A program made the translations under genes and the position numbers. DNA of 64,000 bases from Alphaproteobacteria bacterium (GTDB lineage Bacteria > Pseudomonadota > Alphaproteobacteria > GCA-2746255), in the NCBI GenBank assembly GCA_021296325.1, contig JAGWAR010000002.1, positions 65,459-129,458 of the forward strand, read 5' to 3'. Positions within the stretch are counted from its first letter, which is position 1; the number at the start of each line of letters is the position of its first letter. Under the pieces are notes generated by a model that worked only from the letters and a program-made list of their open reading frames with translations, made no database searches and was not told the DNA's origin. Below are positions 19,596 through 30,966 of the stretch, one piece after another.

Positions 19596-22500
19596 TTGCA
19601 GTTTCTGAAACTCAAGCTCACCGGTTTTAAATCCTTCGTCGATTCGACGGAGCTGCCGATCGAGGCCGGGCTGACCGGCATCGTCGGACCGAATGGCTGC
19701 GGCAAATCGAATCTGGTCGAGGCGCTGCGCTGGTCGATGGGCGAGACCAGCGCCAAGCAGATGCGCGGCGGCGAGATGGACGACGTGATCTTCAGCGGAA
19801 CGTCGGACCGGCCGGCCCGCAACCTTGCGGAAGTGGTGCTGCAACTCGACAACCGGGACCGCACGGCGCCGGCGCTGTTCAACGATCAGGACGATCTGGA
19901 AGTGTCGCGGCAGATTGAACGCAACGAGGGCTCGCGCTACCGGGTGAACGGCCGCGACGTGCGCGCCAAGGACGTCCAGCTTCTGTTCGCCGACGCAACG
20001 ACCGGCTCGCGATCGACTGCGCTGGTAAGCCAGGGACGGATCGGCGCCATCATCAACGCCAAGCCCGAAGAGCGGCGCGGCCTGCTGGAAGCGGCCGCCG
20101 GCATCGCCGGCCTGCACAGCCGCCGCCATGAAGCCGAGCTTCGCCTGCGCGCCGCGGAAACGAATTTGGGCCGCGTCGACGACGTCATCGAGACGCTGGA
20201 GACCCAGCTGAAGGGGTTGAAGCGCCAGTCCCGCCAGGCCTCCCGTTACCGCCGGTTGAGCGAACGCATCCGCGAGGTGGAGGCTTTGCTTCTGCATCTG
20301 AAATGGATCGCCGCCTGCACCGCCGTCGAAAACGCTGAACAGCGTCTTCATCACGGGGAAAGCGACGTTTCGGAACGCACCCAGCATTCGGCCGCCGCCG
20401 CGGCCGCCCAGGCCGAAGTAGCAGCGACCCTGCCGGACCTGCGCAAGGCGGAAGCCGAGGCCGCCGCCGAATTGCAGCGTCTGCTGCTGGCCCGCGACGG
20501 GCTGGACGCCGAGGAAGCGCGCATCCAGTCCGCCCAGCGGGAATGCGCCGAGCGGATCGCCCAGATCGAAAGCGACCTAGTGCGCGAACAGGCGCTGACC
20601 CGCGACGCGGCGGAAGCCATCGGACGCCTGGAAGAAGAACGCAAAAACCTGATCGCTTCCCGCGAGGGCGAAGCCGAAGCCCAGGCCGAAGCCACCGAAC
20701 GGCTGACCGCAGCCAGCGCCGAGGTTGATACCCTGGAAACCGAATTGACCCGTCTTACCGAGCGGGTGGCCGCCGACGAGGCGCGCAAGGCGAAGCTCAC
20801 GGAAGAAATCCGCGACCTTGAAGCAAGGCGCACCCGCCTCAACGAACATGCGAGCGAGATCAACGAGCGGCGCAGCCGGCTGCAATCGGAAGGGGTGGAG
20901 CCGGCCACCCGTGAAGAGATCGAACGCGCCACCGCCACCGCGATGGCTGCCGCCGCCGAGGCCCGCGAGACGGCCGAACGGATGGAGCAAAACCGCCAGC
21001 TTGCCAACGACAAGGCCAGCGAGGCGCGCAGCGCCCTTCACGAAGCGGAAGCCGTGCTGACCCGGCTGCGCGCCGAGGAGGCGGCGTTGGCCGAACTGCT
21101 TGAGAACGCAGAGACCGGCAACTGGGCGCCGCTGGCCGATTCGGTTTCCGTAAGTCCCGGTTACGAAGCCGCCCTCGGCGTGGCGCTGGGCGACGATCTG
21201 AACGCCGCCACCGATGCGGAAGCACCCATCCACTGGCGGGCGGGCCCAAGGACGGACGCGGCGGCGCTGCCCGAAGGGGCGACGCCGCTTGGCGATTACG
21301 TGAAGGCGCCGGAGGTGCTACGCCTGCGGCTTTCGCAGATCGGCGTCGTTCCGGACGCCGCCACCGGCGCGCGCCTGGCCGCGTCCCTGCGTCAGGGCCA
21401 GCGGCTGGTGAGCAAGGCGGGCGATCTCTGGCGGTGGGACGGTTTTGCCATCCGCGCCGGCACCGCGACGGCAGCGGCGACGAGGCTGAAACAGCGCAAC
21501 CGGATGGAAGTGCTGCGCGCTGAACTGGGGCGGGCCGAAAGCGCCTTGACCGAACGCGCGGAAGCGGATGAAAGGGCCCGTGATGCGGCCGAGAAGGCGG
21601 CCCAGGCGGAGCGCGCCTCGCGCCAGGCGCTGACGGAAGCCGAAACGGCCCTCGCCCAGGCCCGCGAAGCCCAGACGGCACTGGCCCGCAAGAGCGCCGA
21701 GACCGATTCCCAGCTGCACGCCCTTGAAGAAGGCGGCGAGCGCCTTGGCCATGACCGCGAGGAGACGGAAACCCGGCTGCGGGCGGCAACGGAGGCGTTT
21801 GGCCAGCTCGGCAATCTTGAAGCGGCGCGGAACCTGGTCGAGGAAAAACGCCAGGCCCTTTCGAAGCGACGCATCGTCATGTTCGAGTGCCAAGCCACCC
21901 ATGACCGCCTGCGCCAGGAAGGGGCGGCGCGCACGTCGCGGCTGCATGCGATCGAGGCCGAGGCCATTTCCTGGCAGAAACAGGCGGAAGGTGCCGAGCG
22001 CCAGCAGGGCCTGCTGAAGGAAAGGCGCCAAGCCGCCGATACCGAACAGCAGCGCCTTTCGACCCTGCCCGAGGAAATCGCCGCCAAGCGCGGCGAGCTG
22101 GTGACCCGCATCGAGGCCTCCGAGAAGGTTCGTCAGGCGGCGGCCGACCGGCTGGCGGAAGGGGAAAGCCGGCTCAGCGAAACCGACAAGGCCCTGAAGG
22201 CGGCGGAGGCGGAGCTGGCGGAAGGCCGGGAAAACCGCATCCGGCTCGAGGCCGAGGTCACCCAGGCCGTGCAGGCCCGCGAGGTGCTGATCGAACGCAT
22301 CCACGAACGCCTCGAATGCACGCCGGAAGAGACGGCCGAGGTGGCGGGCCTCAAGGAGGGCGTCGCGCCGCCCGATCAGGAGGAGATTGAAGTCAAGCTC
22401 GACCGCTACATGCGCGAGCGCGAGCGCATGGGCCCGGTCAATCTGCGGGCGGAGGCGGAGGCGGAGGAGCTTCAGGAACGGATCGATTCGATGACGGCGG

Positions 22501-23054
22501 ACCGCGAAGATTTGGTGGCGGCGATCGCCCGCCTTCGCAAGGGCATCGCCGAGCTGAACCGGGAGGGAGAGGAACGCCTGATGGCGGCCTTCACCCAGGT
22601 CGACACCCATTTCCGCGAATTGTTCGTGCGGCTGTTCGGCGGCGGCAAGGCCCATCTGAAACTGACCGAATCGGAGGACCCCCTCGAGGCGGGCCTCGAG
22701 ATCATGGCCAGCCCCCCCGGCAAGCGGTTGCAGGTCATGTCGCTGCTGTCCGGCGGCGAGCAGGCATTGACGGCGATTGCCCTTCTGTTTGCCGTGTTTC
22801 TTACGAATCCGGCCCCGATCTGCGTCCTCGACGAGGTCGATGCGCCCCTGGATGACGCCAATGTGGACCGCTTCTGCACCCTGGTCGAGCAACTCGCCCA
22901 CAATTCCAAGACGCGCTTCCTGGTCATCACCCACCACCGGATGACCATGGCCCGGATGGATCGCCTGTTCGGCGTGACGATGGGAGAGCGGGGCGTTTCG
23001 CAATTGGTTTCCGTCGATCTTCAGGGCGCCGAACGGATGCGCGCCACCGCCTGA
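19596..23054 (+). CDS. smc: Chromosome partition protein SMC
   Basis: 1152 aa. Walker A GPNGCGKSN, long coiled coils, hinge, and C-terminal LSGGE signature with Walker B; TTG start. Confidence 0.95.
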   Translation: MQFLKLKLTGFKSFVDSTELPIEAGLTGIVGPNGCGKSNLVEALRWSMGETSAKQMRGGEMDDVIFSGTSDRPARNLAEVVLQLDNRDRTAPALFNDQDDLEVSRQIERNEGSRYRVNGRDVRAKDVQLLFADATTGSRSTALVSQGRIGAIINAKPEERRGLLEAAAGIAGLHSRRHEAELRLRAAETNLGRVDDVIETLETQLKGLKRQSRQASRYRRLSERIREVEALLLHLKWIAACTAVENAEQRLHHGESDVSERTQHSAAAAAAQAEVAATLPDLRKAEAEAAAELQRLLLARDGLDAEEARIQSAQRECAERIAQIESDLVREQALTRDAAEAIGRLEEERKNLIASREGEAEAQAEATERLTAASAEVDTLETELTRLTERVAADEARKAKLTEEIRDLEARRTRLNEHASEINERRSRLQSEGVEPATREEIERATATAMAAAAEARETAERMEQNRQLANDKASEARSALHEAEAVLTRLRAEEAALAELLENAETGNWAPLADSVSVSPGYEAALGVALGDDLNAATDAEAPIHWRAGPRTDAAALPEGATPLGDYVKAPEVLRLRLSQIGVVPDAATGARLAASLRQGQRLVSKAGDLWRWDGFAIRAGTATAAATRLKQRNRMEVLRAELGRAESALTERAEADERARDAAEKAAQAERASRQALTEAETALAQAREAQTALARKSAETDSQLHALEEGGERLGHDREETETRLRAATEAFGQLGNLEAARNLVEEKRQALSKRRIVMFECQATHDRLRQEGAARTSRLHAIEAEAISWQKQAEGAERQQGLLKERRQAADTEQQRLSTLPEEIAAKRGELVTRIEASEKVRQAAADRLAEGESRLSETDKALKAAEAELAEGRENRIRLEAEVTQAVQAREVLIERIHERLECTPEETAEVAGLKEGVAPPDQEEIEVKLDRYMRERERMGPVNLRAEAEAEELQERIDSMTADREDLVAAIARLRKGIAELNREGEERLMAAFTQVDTHFRELFVRLFGGGKAHLKLTESEDPLEAGLEIMASPPGKRLQVMSLLSGGEQALTAIALLFAVFLTNPAPICVLDEVDAPLDDANVDRFCTLVEQLAHNSKTRFLVITHHRMTMARMDRLFGVTMGERGVSQLVSVDLQGAERMRATA

Positions 23055-23129
23055 AAGGGTCCCGCCGCATCTTCGTAACCCTATGAAGGAAATATGTTTT
23101 TTTGGCCTTGCGCCAGACTGCGCCCATGC

Positions 23130-23158
23130 TTGACAGTCCGAAACCCCGCACCTATCTT
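23130..23158 (+). promoter_or_regulatory. Putative sigma70-type promoter of the atp operon (TTGACA-N17-TATCTT)
   Basis: Consensus -35 hexamer and a reasonable -10, about 25 bp upstream of atpI. Confidence 0.35.
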
Positions 23159-23181
23159 GCCCCGAACTTCGCGCGAGTGCC

Positions 23182-23535
23182 TTGCAGCAACGCAAGCGCA
23201 ACGTGCCGATGGTAGAAGACGAACGGCCACCTTCGCTCGACGATCTGGAAAACCGGATCCAGAAGGCCCGCGCGGCGCATTCCGCGGCCGGAGCCCCATC
23301 GCCCCGGCCTTCGCCCGTAGGTCAGGCATTGCGTCTTGCCGTCGAAATGGCATCGGCCCTGTTTGTCGGCGCAGGCTTGGGCTGGCTGCTGGACAAATGG
23401 CTTGGCACCGGGCCGTGGTTTTTGTTGGTGTGCCTGCTCCTCGGAGGTGTCGGGGGCATGTTAAACGTGTACCGGACCGGAAAACGCCTGGGGGCTCCGT
23501 CCGAAGAAGAGCGAACCGGCCGGGACGGCGAGTAG
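23182..23535 (+). CDS. atpI: ATP synthase protein I (AtpI/AtpZ-like small membrane protein)
   Basis: Two hydrophobic helices (LAVEMASALFVGAGLGWLL; FLLVCLLLGGVGGML) at the head of the atpBEF'F operon. Confidence 0.6.
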   Translation: MQQRKRNVPMVEDERPPSLDDLENRIQKARAAHSAAGAPSPRPSPVGQALRLAVEMASALFVGAGLGWLLDKWLGTGPWFLLVCLLLGGVGGMLNVYRTGKRLGAPSEEERTGRDGE

Positions 23536-23565
23536 GCGCCCCGGCAAGAGGCGAGAGGAAGAAGA

Positions 23566-24578
<1,013 letters not shown>

Positions 24579-24625
24579 GCCCAACAGCCGGGCCTGAAAC
24601 GCACCGGCCAGCAAGGAGACCCCGC

Positions 24626-25117
24626 ATGCCACAGATGGTCATTCCGGATTACGCGCCGCAGGTCGTATGGCTCGTAATTACCTTCGTGGCGCTTTACTTC
24701 GCCATGGCCAAGTTCGCCCTGCCGAAGATCGCGCACGTGCTTGAAGAGCGCCGCAAGCGGATCGACGCCAATCTCGAACGGGCGGGCGCGCTGAAGGCGG
24801 AGGCGGAAGCGGCAGGGCGGGCCTATGAAGAAACCCTCGCCAAGGCCCGCGACGCGGCGCACGAGGCCCTGCGGCAAGCCACCCAGGAATTGTCCCAGGA
24901 GGCCACCAAGCGGACGGCGGCCTTCGACCAGTCGCTTGGCGAAAGGACGAAGGCAGCCGAGACCCGCATCCAGGAAGCGCGGGAAAAGGCCTATGGGGAG
25001 ATCCGGGAAATCGCCATCGAGGTGGCGGAGGCGGCAACCGCAAAACTGATCGGCGGGACGGTACCGAAAGAACGGATCGTCCAGGCCATTGATTCGACTC
25101 GGGAGAAAAAAACGTAA
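24626..25117 (+). CDS. atpF2: F0F1 ATP synthase subunit b'
   Basis: Single N-terminal TM helix plus a long amphipathic helix. Confidence 0.85.
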   Translation: MPQMVIPDYAPQVVWLVITFVALYFAMAKFALPKIAHVLEERRKRIDANLERAGALKAEAEAAGRAYEETLAKARDAAHEALRQATQELSQEATKRTAAFDQSLGERTKAAETRIQEAREKAYGEIREIAIEVAEAATAKLIGGTVPKERIVQAIDSTREKKT

Positions 25118-25599
25118 TGTTCGAATCGCTCGTCTTCTGGGAAATCCTTGCCTTTACAATTTTCGTGGCGGCCGTCTTCAAGCCAATCCGGAACAAGGTT
25201 CTGGAGATGCTGGACAAGCGCATCCACACCATCCGCACCGAGATCGAGGAGGCGGAACGCCTGCGTGAGGAAGCCCAATCGACCCTGGCCAGTTTTCAGC
25301 GCAAGCAACGCGACGCCGCCAAGGAGGCCGAGGAAATCCTAGCCCACGCCAAGGAAGAGGCGGGCCGCCTTTACGAGGCAGGCCTCAAGGAACTGGAAGC
25401 GGCGTTCGAACGGCGGAAGCACATGGCCGAGGAAAGCATCGCCCAGGCGGAGCGGGAGGCGACCCGCGAGATTCGCGGCCATGCCGTCGAACTTGCCATG
25501 GCGGCAACCGCCGAGGCGCTGGCCGAGAGCGTGGACGCGACAAAGGCCGACGCGCTGATCGACGACGCGATCACGACGCTGCCCAAGAAGCTTCACTAG
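25117..25599 (+). CDS. atpF: F0F1 ATP synthase subunit b
   Basis: Same architecture as b'; the alphaproteobacterial b/b' pair. Confidence 0.85.
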   Translation: MFESLVFWEILAFTIFVAAVFKPIRNKVLEMLDKRIHTIRTEIEEAERLREEAQSTLASFQRKQRDAAKEAEEILAHAKEEAGRLYEAGLKELEAAFERRKHMAEESIAQAEREATREIRGHAVELAMAATAEALAESVDATKADALIDDAITTLPKKLH

Positions 25600-25613
25600 A
25601 AAATCTGTAAGCC

Positions 25614-27110
25614 TCACGCCTCCGGGCGGAAGCGAAGGACGGGACGGCGCGCGGCCTGGGTCTCGTCCAGGCGGCGGCGCGGTGCCAGGCGTGGCGCTTC
25701 CTGGAAATAGGCCGTCTCGCCCGATTTGAGGCGGGCCATCAACGCCTTCACGGTCTGGATGAACTGGTCGAGCCCTTCCCTGCTTTCGCATTCGGTGGGC
25801 TCCATCAACAACGCGCCGTGAACGACCAGCGGAAAATAGATCGTCATCGGATGGAAGCCCTCGTCGATCAGGGCCTTTGCGAAGTCGAGCGTCGTAATGC
25901 CGTGGGCCCGCAGGGTCGCATCGTCGAACAGCGCCTCGTGCATGCAGGGCCCCGGATAGGGGGCGGAGAGTTCGTCCTTTAACGCGGCAAGCAGGTAGTT
26001 CGCGTTGAGAACGGCATCGTCGGCCACCTGGCGGAGCCCGTCGCCGCCGTGACTGAGCATGTAGGTAAGCGCGCGCACGAACATGCCCATCTGGCCGTGA
26101 AACCCCTTGAGCCGGCCGAACGGCTTCGCATCCTTCGGCGCGTCTTGGCCGTTCTCGGCAAGGCGCAGGCCCTTTTCGTCATGGACGAGAAAGGGATAAG
26201 GCGCGAAAGGCGCCAGCGCCTTGGAAAGCACCACCGGGCCCGAGCCGGGCCCGCCGCCGCCATGGGGGGTCGAGAAGGTCTTGTGCAGGTTGATGTGCAT
26301 GCAATCGACGCCGAGATCGACCGGCCGCACCCGGCCGACGATGGCGTTGAAATTGGCCCCGTCCGCATAAAGGAAGCCGCCGGCGTCGTGGATGGCGTTG
26401 GCTACTTCGAGGATGTCGTTCTCGAACAGCCCGCAGGTGTTGGGGTTCGTCAGCATGACGGCGGCCACGTCCGGGCCGAGCTTCGCCCGGAAGGCGTCGA
26501 GGTCCATGCGCCCCCGCGCGTTCCCCGGCACCGGGTCGACCTGATAGCCGAGGGAAGCCGCCGTCGCCGGGTTCGTGCCATGAGCCGATTCGGGCACCAG
26601 CACGCGGGAGCGCGCATCGCCCCGTTCCGTGAGCGCAGCGCGGATCGCCATCATGCCGCAGAGCTCGCCCTGGGCGCCGGCGGCCGGCGACATGGCGACG
26701 CCGTGCAAGCCGGTCAGGGTTTTCAGCCACGCCGCCACCTGGTCGATCACCTCAAGCGCGCCCTGCACCGTCGAGAAGGGCTGCAGCGGGTGCAGGCTCG
26801 CAAAGCCCGGCAGGCGAGCCATCTTTTCGTTGAGCCTTGGGTTGTGCTTCATCGTACAGGAGCCGAGCGGGTAGAAGCCGGTGTCGATCCCGTAATTCTT
26901 CTGGCTAAGGCGCGTGAAGTGGCGAATGACCTGGGGTTCGGACAGGCCGGGAAGGCCCACGTCGCCTTTCCGCTGAAGCCCGCCGAGGCGGTTCTTCGCG
27001 CCCTTCGCTTCCGGCAGGTCGACGCCGGTCCGCCCCCTGGCGCCTTGCTCGAAAAGCAGGGGTTCTTCGAAATCGAGGCCACGATGGCCGGACGTCGTCA
27101 CCTCTTTCAC
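25614..27110 (-). CDS. gcvPB: Glycine dehydrogenase (decarboxylating) subunit 2
   Basis: PLP-lysine region. GTG start at 27110 with AAGGAGG 7 nt upstream, overlapping the gcvPA stop (GTGA). The track's ATG at 27137 lies upstream of the SD. Confidence 0.9.
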   Translation of the reverse strand: MKEVTTSGHRGLDFEEPLLFEQGARGRTGVDLPEAKGAKNRLGGLQRKGDVGLPGLSEPQVIRHFTRLSQKNYGIDTGFYPLGSCTMKHNPRLNEKMARLPGFASLHPLQPFSTVQGALEVIDQVAAWLKTLTGLHGVAMSPAAGAQGELCGMMAIRAALTERGDARSRVLVPESAHGTNPATAASLGYQVDPVPGNARGRMDLDAFRAKLGPDVAAVMLTNPNTCGLFENDILEVANAIHDAGGFLYADGANFNAIVGRVRPVDLGVDCMHINLHKTFSTPHGGGGPGSGPVVLSKALAPFAPYPFLVHDEKGLRLAENGQDAPKDAKPFGRLKGFHGQMGMFVRALTYMLSHGGDGLRQVADDAVLNANYLLAALKDELSAPYPGPCMHEALFDDATLRAHGITTLDFAKALIDEGFHPMTIYFPLVVHGALLMEPTECESREGLDQFIQTVKALMARLKSGETAYFQEAPRLAPRRRLDETQAARRPVLRFRPEA

Positions 27111-28447
27111 GGCAGGACCTCCTTGAGCCCATCGCAAAGGGCCTTCATGTCCTTTTCTTCCGCAAGTTCCGTCACGGCGACAAGGAGGTGGTTTTCGAGC
27201 GCCTTTTCGTCCGGGTAAAGGCGGGACAGGGGAACGCCGGCGAGGATGCGCCGTTCGGCCAGGCGTTCGACGACGCCGGCGGCGGGGGCGGGAAGCGCGA
27301 CGGTAAACTCGTTGAAGAAATTTTCCGTCACGAGTTCGACGCCTGGAAGTTCGGCCAAGCTTTCGGCCAGGGCGACCGCCTTTTCATGGTTGATCAGGGC
27401 GAGACGACACAGGCCTTCCTCGCCCAGAAGCGCCACGTGCACCGCAAAGGCAAGCGCGCAGAGGCCGGAATTCGTGCAGATGTTGCTGGTCGCCTTTTCG
27501 CGGCGGATATGCTGTTCGCGGGTGGAAAGGGTGAGTACCCAGCCCCGCCTGCCATCGACATCCACGGTCTGGCCGCAGAGCCTGCCCGGCATTTGGCGGA
27601 CAAATTTCTCACGACACGCAAGCAGGCCCACCGTCGGCCCCCCGAAATTGAGCGCGTTGCCGAAGGACTGGCCCTCGGCGGCGACGATATCGGCGCCCAT
27701 GCCACCCGGGCTTTCGACGGCGCCCAGGGAAAGGGCCTCCGTGACGACGGCGATGAGCAGCGCGCCGGCCGCCTGGCAGGCGCCGGCGATCTCGGTCAAG
27801 TCTTTGAGATTTCCGAAAAAATCCGGGTTCTGGACGACGACGCAGGCGGTCTTCGGCGTGATCTTCGCGGCAAGCGTTTCGTCGCCCGCCACCTCCGGCG
27901 GCAGGCTTTCCAGCTCGCCCCCGATGGCGAGCGTCCCCGCCACATCCCGGTAGTGAGGATGAAGGCCGCCCGAGATCACGACATGGTCGCGGCGGGTGAT
28001 GCGCCTTGCCATCAAAATTGCCTCGGCCGTAGCGGTGGCGCCGTCATACATGGAAGCGTTCGCCACCTCCATGCCGGTGAGCAGGACAACCTGGGTCTGG
28101 AATTCGAAAAGGGTTTGCAGCGTGCCCTGGGAAATTTCCGGCTGGTAGGGCGTGTAGGCGGTCAGGAACTCGCCCCGTTGGATCAGGTGATCGACGGCAG
28201 CCGGGATGAAATGGCGGTAAAGGCCCGCCCCCAGAAAACTTGGCACGGAAGCCGCATCCAGGTTCCTGGCGGCGAGGGCGGTGAGGGTTCGTTCGACCTC
28301 AAGCTCGCCCTGATGGTCGGGCAGGTCGAGCGGCTTGGCAAGGCACGCCGCTTTCGGCACATCGACGAAAAGATCGTCAACGGAATGCACGCCGATCGTT
28401 TCCAGCATCTTCTGACGGTCTTCGTCCGTCAGCGGCAGGTAACGCAT
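27107..28447 (-). CDS. gcvPA: Glycine dehydrogenase (decarboxylating) subunit 1
   Basis: 446 aa. [20 protein letters not shown]-terminus typical of split P-protein. Confidence 0.9.
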   Translation of the reverse strand: MRYLPLTDEDRQKMLETIGVHSVDDLFVDVPKAACLAKPLDLPDHQGELEVERTLTALAARNLDAASVPSFLGAGLYRHFIPAAVDHLIQRGEFLTAYTPYQPEISQGTLQTLFEFQTQVVLLTGMEVANASMYDGATATAEAILMARRITRRDHVVISGGLHPHYRDVAGTLAIGGELESLPPEVAGDETLAAKITPKTACVVVQNPDFFGNLKDLTEIAGACQAAGALLIAVVTEALSLGAVESPGGMGADIVAAEGQSFGNALNFGGPTVGLLACREKFVRQMPGRLCGQTVDVDGRRGWVLTLSTREQHIRREKATSNICTNSGLCALAFAVHVALLGEEGLCRLALINHEKAVALAESLAELPGVELVTENFFNEFTVALPAPAAGVVERLAERRILAGVPLSRLYPDEKALENHLLVAVTELAEEKDMKALCDGLKEVLP

Positions 28448-28824
28448 CAGGCGAGTTCCTTCAAATAAGCCTGATAGGAAGCTTCATCCATCAAGGAATC
28501 GAACGCGGCGGGATCGGAAAGTTTCAATTTCAAAAACCATCCCCTGCCCATCGGGTCCGCGTTGACGAGCGCCGGCTCGTCTTGAAGGCTTGCGTTCACC
28601 TCGACGACTTCGCCGCCGAGCGGTGCGTAAACTTCGCTTGCCGCCTTCACGGATTCGACGACGGCGGCTTCCTCGCCCTGGCCCATCGCCTTGCCCGGTT
28701 CGGGCAGTTCAACGAAGACGATGTCTCCGAGCTGGGCCTGCGCATAATCCGTAATGCCGACGGTTGCGACCTCGCCGTCCAGACGGGCCCATTCGTGATC
28801 TTTCGTGTAACGCAATCCGCTCAT
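28447..28824 (-). CDS. gcvH: Glycine cleavage system H protein
   Basis: Lipoyl-lysine motif [11 protein letters not shown]; 125 aa. Confidence 0.95.
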   Translation of the reverse strand: MSGLRYTKDHEWARLDGEVATVGITDYAQAQLGDIVFVELPEPGKAMGQGEEAAVVESVKAASEVYAPLGGEVVEVNASLQDEPALVNADPMGRGWFLKLKLSDPAAFDSLMDEASYQAYLKELA

Positions 28825-28844
28825 CCTGCCCCCTGAGATTCCCG

Positions 28845-29954
28845 TCAGCCCTTGTAGTAGCGCGTCGCAACGAAAGGCGGCTTGACGATCCGCGCCGCGA
28901 CCGGGCGGCCCCGAAGCAGGGCCTGGACCTCCGTGCCTTCCGCCGCAAACGGCGTTTCAACATACCCCATTGCGACGGGTCCCTCCACGGTCGGGCCGAA
29001 GCCACCGCTGGTGATGGTGCCGATTTTCCGCCCGTCGGGCGCGAGGATTTCGGCGCCTTCGCGGACCGGGGCGCGGCCTTCCGGCAAGAGTCCCACCCGG
29101 CGCCGCAAAGGGCCTTCGGCAAGCTGGCGGGCGACGATTTCCGCCCCCGGATAGCCCCCTTCGGCCCGGCGGCGCTTGGACACCGTCCAGGTGAGGCCGG
29201 CCTCAACCACCGTCGTTGCCGGATCGAGATCGTGGCCGTAAAGGCAGAGTCCGGCTTCGAGCCGGAGGCTGTCCCGGGCGCCGAGACCGGCCGGGGCGAC
29301 CTCGGGCTCGGCCAAGAGGGCTTCGGCCACCGCTTCCGCCCGGTCGGGGAGCAGCGAAATCTCGAACCCGTCCTCGCCGGTGTAGCCGGAGCGCATGACG
29401 AAGGCCTCGACGCCGGCAATCGAAAGGGTGGCGGAGGAAAGATAGGGCATGCGCGCGCAATCCGCCGCGAAACGGGCCAGCACGGTGGCGGCAGCGGGCC
29501 CCTGCAGGGCGATCAGCGCGCGGTCCGGGTGATAGGCCACCCTGTCCGCGCCCAGATGCGCCCGCAAATGCGCGAGGTCGGCCACCCTTGGCCCGGCATT
29601 GATGATGACCAGCCAGTCCCCGCCCCGGTTGACGATCATCAGATCGTCGAGGATGCCGGCGGTGTCGTTGGTGAACATCGTGTAGCGCATACGCCCTTCG
29701 CCGAGATTCACCAGATCGCCCGGCACCAAACGTTCGAGGGCGCGGGCCGGATCGTCGCCGCCAATGACGACCTGGCCGAGATGGGAAACGTCGAAGAGAG
29801 ATGCCTTGCTTCGCGTGTGCCGGTGTTCGGTCAGGATGCCCGCTTCGTACTGGACGGGCAGTTCGAAGCCGGCGAAGTCGACCATCTTGCCGTTAAGTTT
29901 GCGATGCAGATCGTAAAGGGGGGTTCGCAGCAAATCCGCCGTCTTTACCGTCAC
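28845..29954 (-). CDS. gcvT: Glycine cleavage system aminomethyltransferase T
   Basis: 369 aa; folate-binding GcvT signature regions. Confidence 0.9.
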   Translation of the reverse strand: MTVKTADLLRTPLYDLHRKLNGKMVDFAGFELPVQYEAGILTEHRHTRSKASLFDVSHLGQVVIGGDDPARALERLVPGDLVNLGEGRMRYTMFTNDTAGILDDLMIVNRGGDWLVIINAGPRVADLAHLRAHLGADRVAYHPDRALIALQGPAAATVLARFAADCARMPYLSSATLSIAGVEAFVMRSGYTGEDGFEISLLPDRAEAVAEALLAEPEVAPAGLGARDSLRLEAGLCLYGHDLDPATTVVEAGLTWTVSKRRRAEGGYPGAEIVARQLAEGPLRRRVGLLPEGRAPVREGAEILAPDGRKIGTITSGGFGPTVEGPVAMGYVETPFAAEGTEVQALLRGRPVAARIVKPPFVATRYYKG

Positions 29955-29969
29955 GCTTTTGTCTCCGGC

Positions 29970-30530
29970 CTATCGGCGGCCATACCACCGGCGGTTATAG
30001 TCAAGTTCGGCGTGATTGAGTTGGAAGCCCACGAAAACGGAATAGTCGCCACCGTTCTTGCCGGGCTCCAGGGGAATGCGCTGTTTCAGCTGTTCCTTCC
30101 AGGCCGTCGCGCTGGCTCCCGGCGGAATTGTCGGCGTCGTTTCGAGGTTTTCCTTCGAGAGCACATTGCGGTAGCGATCCGTTACCCCGACGAAATAGTC
30201 GATCCTTGGCTTTTCCCCCTGGGAGGCCGGGCCATGGGCCACGACGAATTCAAGCTCGAGATCGACGACGATAACCTCCTCGGACCAGGAGCAACTGCTT
30301 TCAACCTTGCGGATCTCGCTTTCGTAGAGCACGTCCGTGAGGTCGCCCTTGGAATGTTCCTGAAAGCGGGTGAGGCGGCTGGCTTCGGTCAGGATGCCGG
30401 CATCCGGGCAGGTGGGGACGACGGATTCCGAAACGCTGGTTACGGTTTCCCGGATGCTGCCGCAGCCGGCCACGAGCAAGGTCAGAAAAACGGCAAAAAA
30501 TCCGCCCCGGCGGGATCGGAGCACGGTCAC
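29970..30530 (-). CDS. Lipoprotein of unknown function
   Basis: Signal plus lipobox FLTLLVAGCGS. High-GC3 coding bias, 15 bp upstream of gcvT in the same orientation. Confidence 0.6.
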   Translation of the reverse strand: MTVLRSRRGGFFAVFLTLLVAGCGSIRETVTSVSESVVPTCPDAGILTEASRLTRFQEHSKGDLTDVLYESEIRKVESSCSWSEEVIVVDLELEFVVAHGPASQGEKPRIDYFVGVTDRYRNVLSKENLETTPTIPPGASATAWKEQLKQRIPLEPGKNGGDYSVFVGFQLNHAELDYNRRWYGRR

Positions 30531-30545
30531 GATGGCGTTCTCCGG

Positions 30546-30797
30546 TTAATGGGCGTTACACCAGGGCTGGCTGTGATCGCAGAAGGGAGGGTCGCCGGTT
30601 GCCTTGCAACCGCAAAGCGCGGCGGCGTCCTCGGCCTCCTCGGGCGTGAACATGAGCGGGTCCATCCCGGCTTCCGTGTGCGATCCGTCGCAGAACGGCT
30701 GCTTGCGGCTGCGCCCGCAGGCGCACCAGAAATAGGTCCGGCCGCCTTCCAGATCGACGTGGTAAGGGCCTTCCTTTGCCCGGACGGGTTCTGCCAT
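30546..30797 (-). CDS. CDGSH-type iron-sulfur domain protein (two CDGSH motifs)
   Basis: CACGRSRKQPFCDGSH and CGCKATGDPPFCDHS. Confidence 0.8.
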   Translation of the reverse strand: MAEPVRAKEGPYHVDLEGGRTYFWCACGRSRKQPFCDGSHTEAGMDPLMFTPEEAEDAAALCGCKATGDPPFCDHSQPWCNAH

Positions 30798-30966
30798 GAC
30801 GCTTCCTCAGGCGCGGACCTTGTGCCCGCTTTCCAGCCTCGACTGTAGAGGAGCGGCCCTCGTTGCTCAAGGGGTGGAAGAACGGCTAAGGTGGGCTTGA
30901 CGCCGATCGACCCGAGCACCCGTCTTTTCCGGCGCCGCTTGTTCCGATCAACCTGTCCTCGCTTGC

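Noticed and set aside
21318-23201. 627-aa antisense ORF opposite smc, and similar long antisense ORFs (7558..9171, 9062..11317, 20860..21789, 52102..54072, 54259..56211, 59212..61284, 3293..3901 etc.)
   Set aside because: Each lies wholly inside a strongly supported sense gene with homology and high GC3. Their Arg/Ala/Gly/Pro-rich low-complexity translations are the usual stop-codon-poor artefact of ~65% GC DNA.
27111-27137. ATG at 27137 as the gcvPB start
   Set aside because: The Shine-Dalgarno AAGGAGG lies downstream of that ATG and 7 nt upstream of the GTG at 27110, which is also stop-overlapped with gcvPA.
30798-30966. Glycine riboswitch in the leader upstream of the CDGSH-lipoprotein-gcv unit
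   Set aside because: Inspection of the minus-strand leader did not show the conserved aptamer blocks (GGAGAG ... ACCGAAGGGGCAA ... CUCUGGAGAG). I cannot run Infernal, so this stays a negative by eye only.
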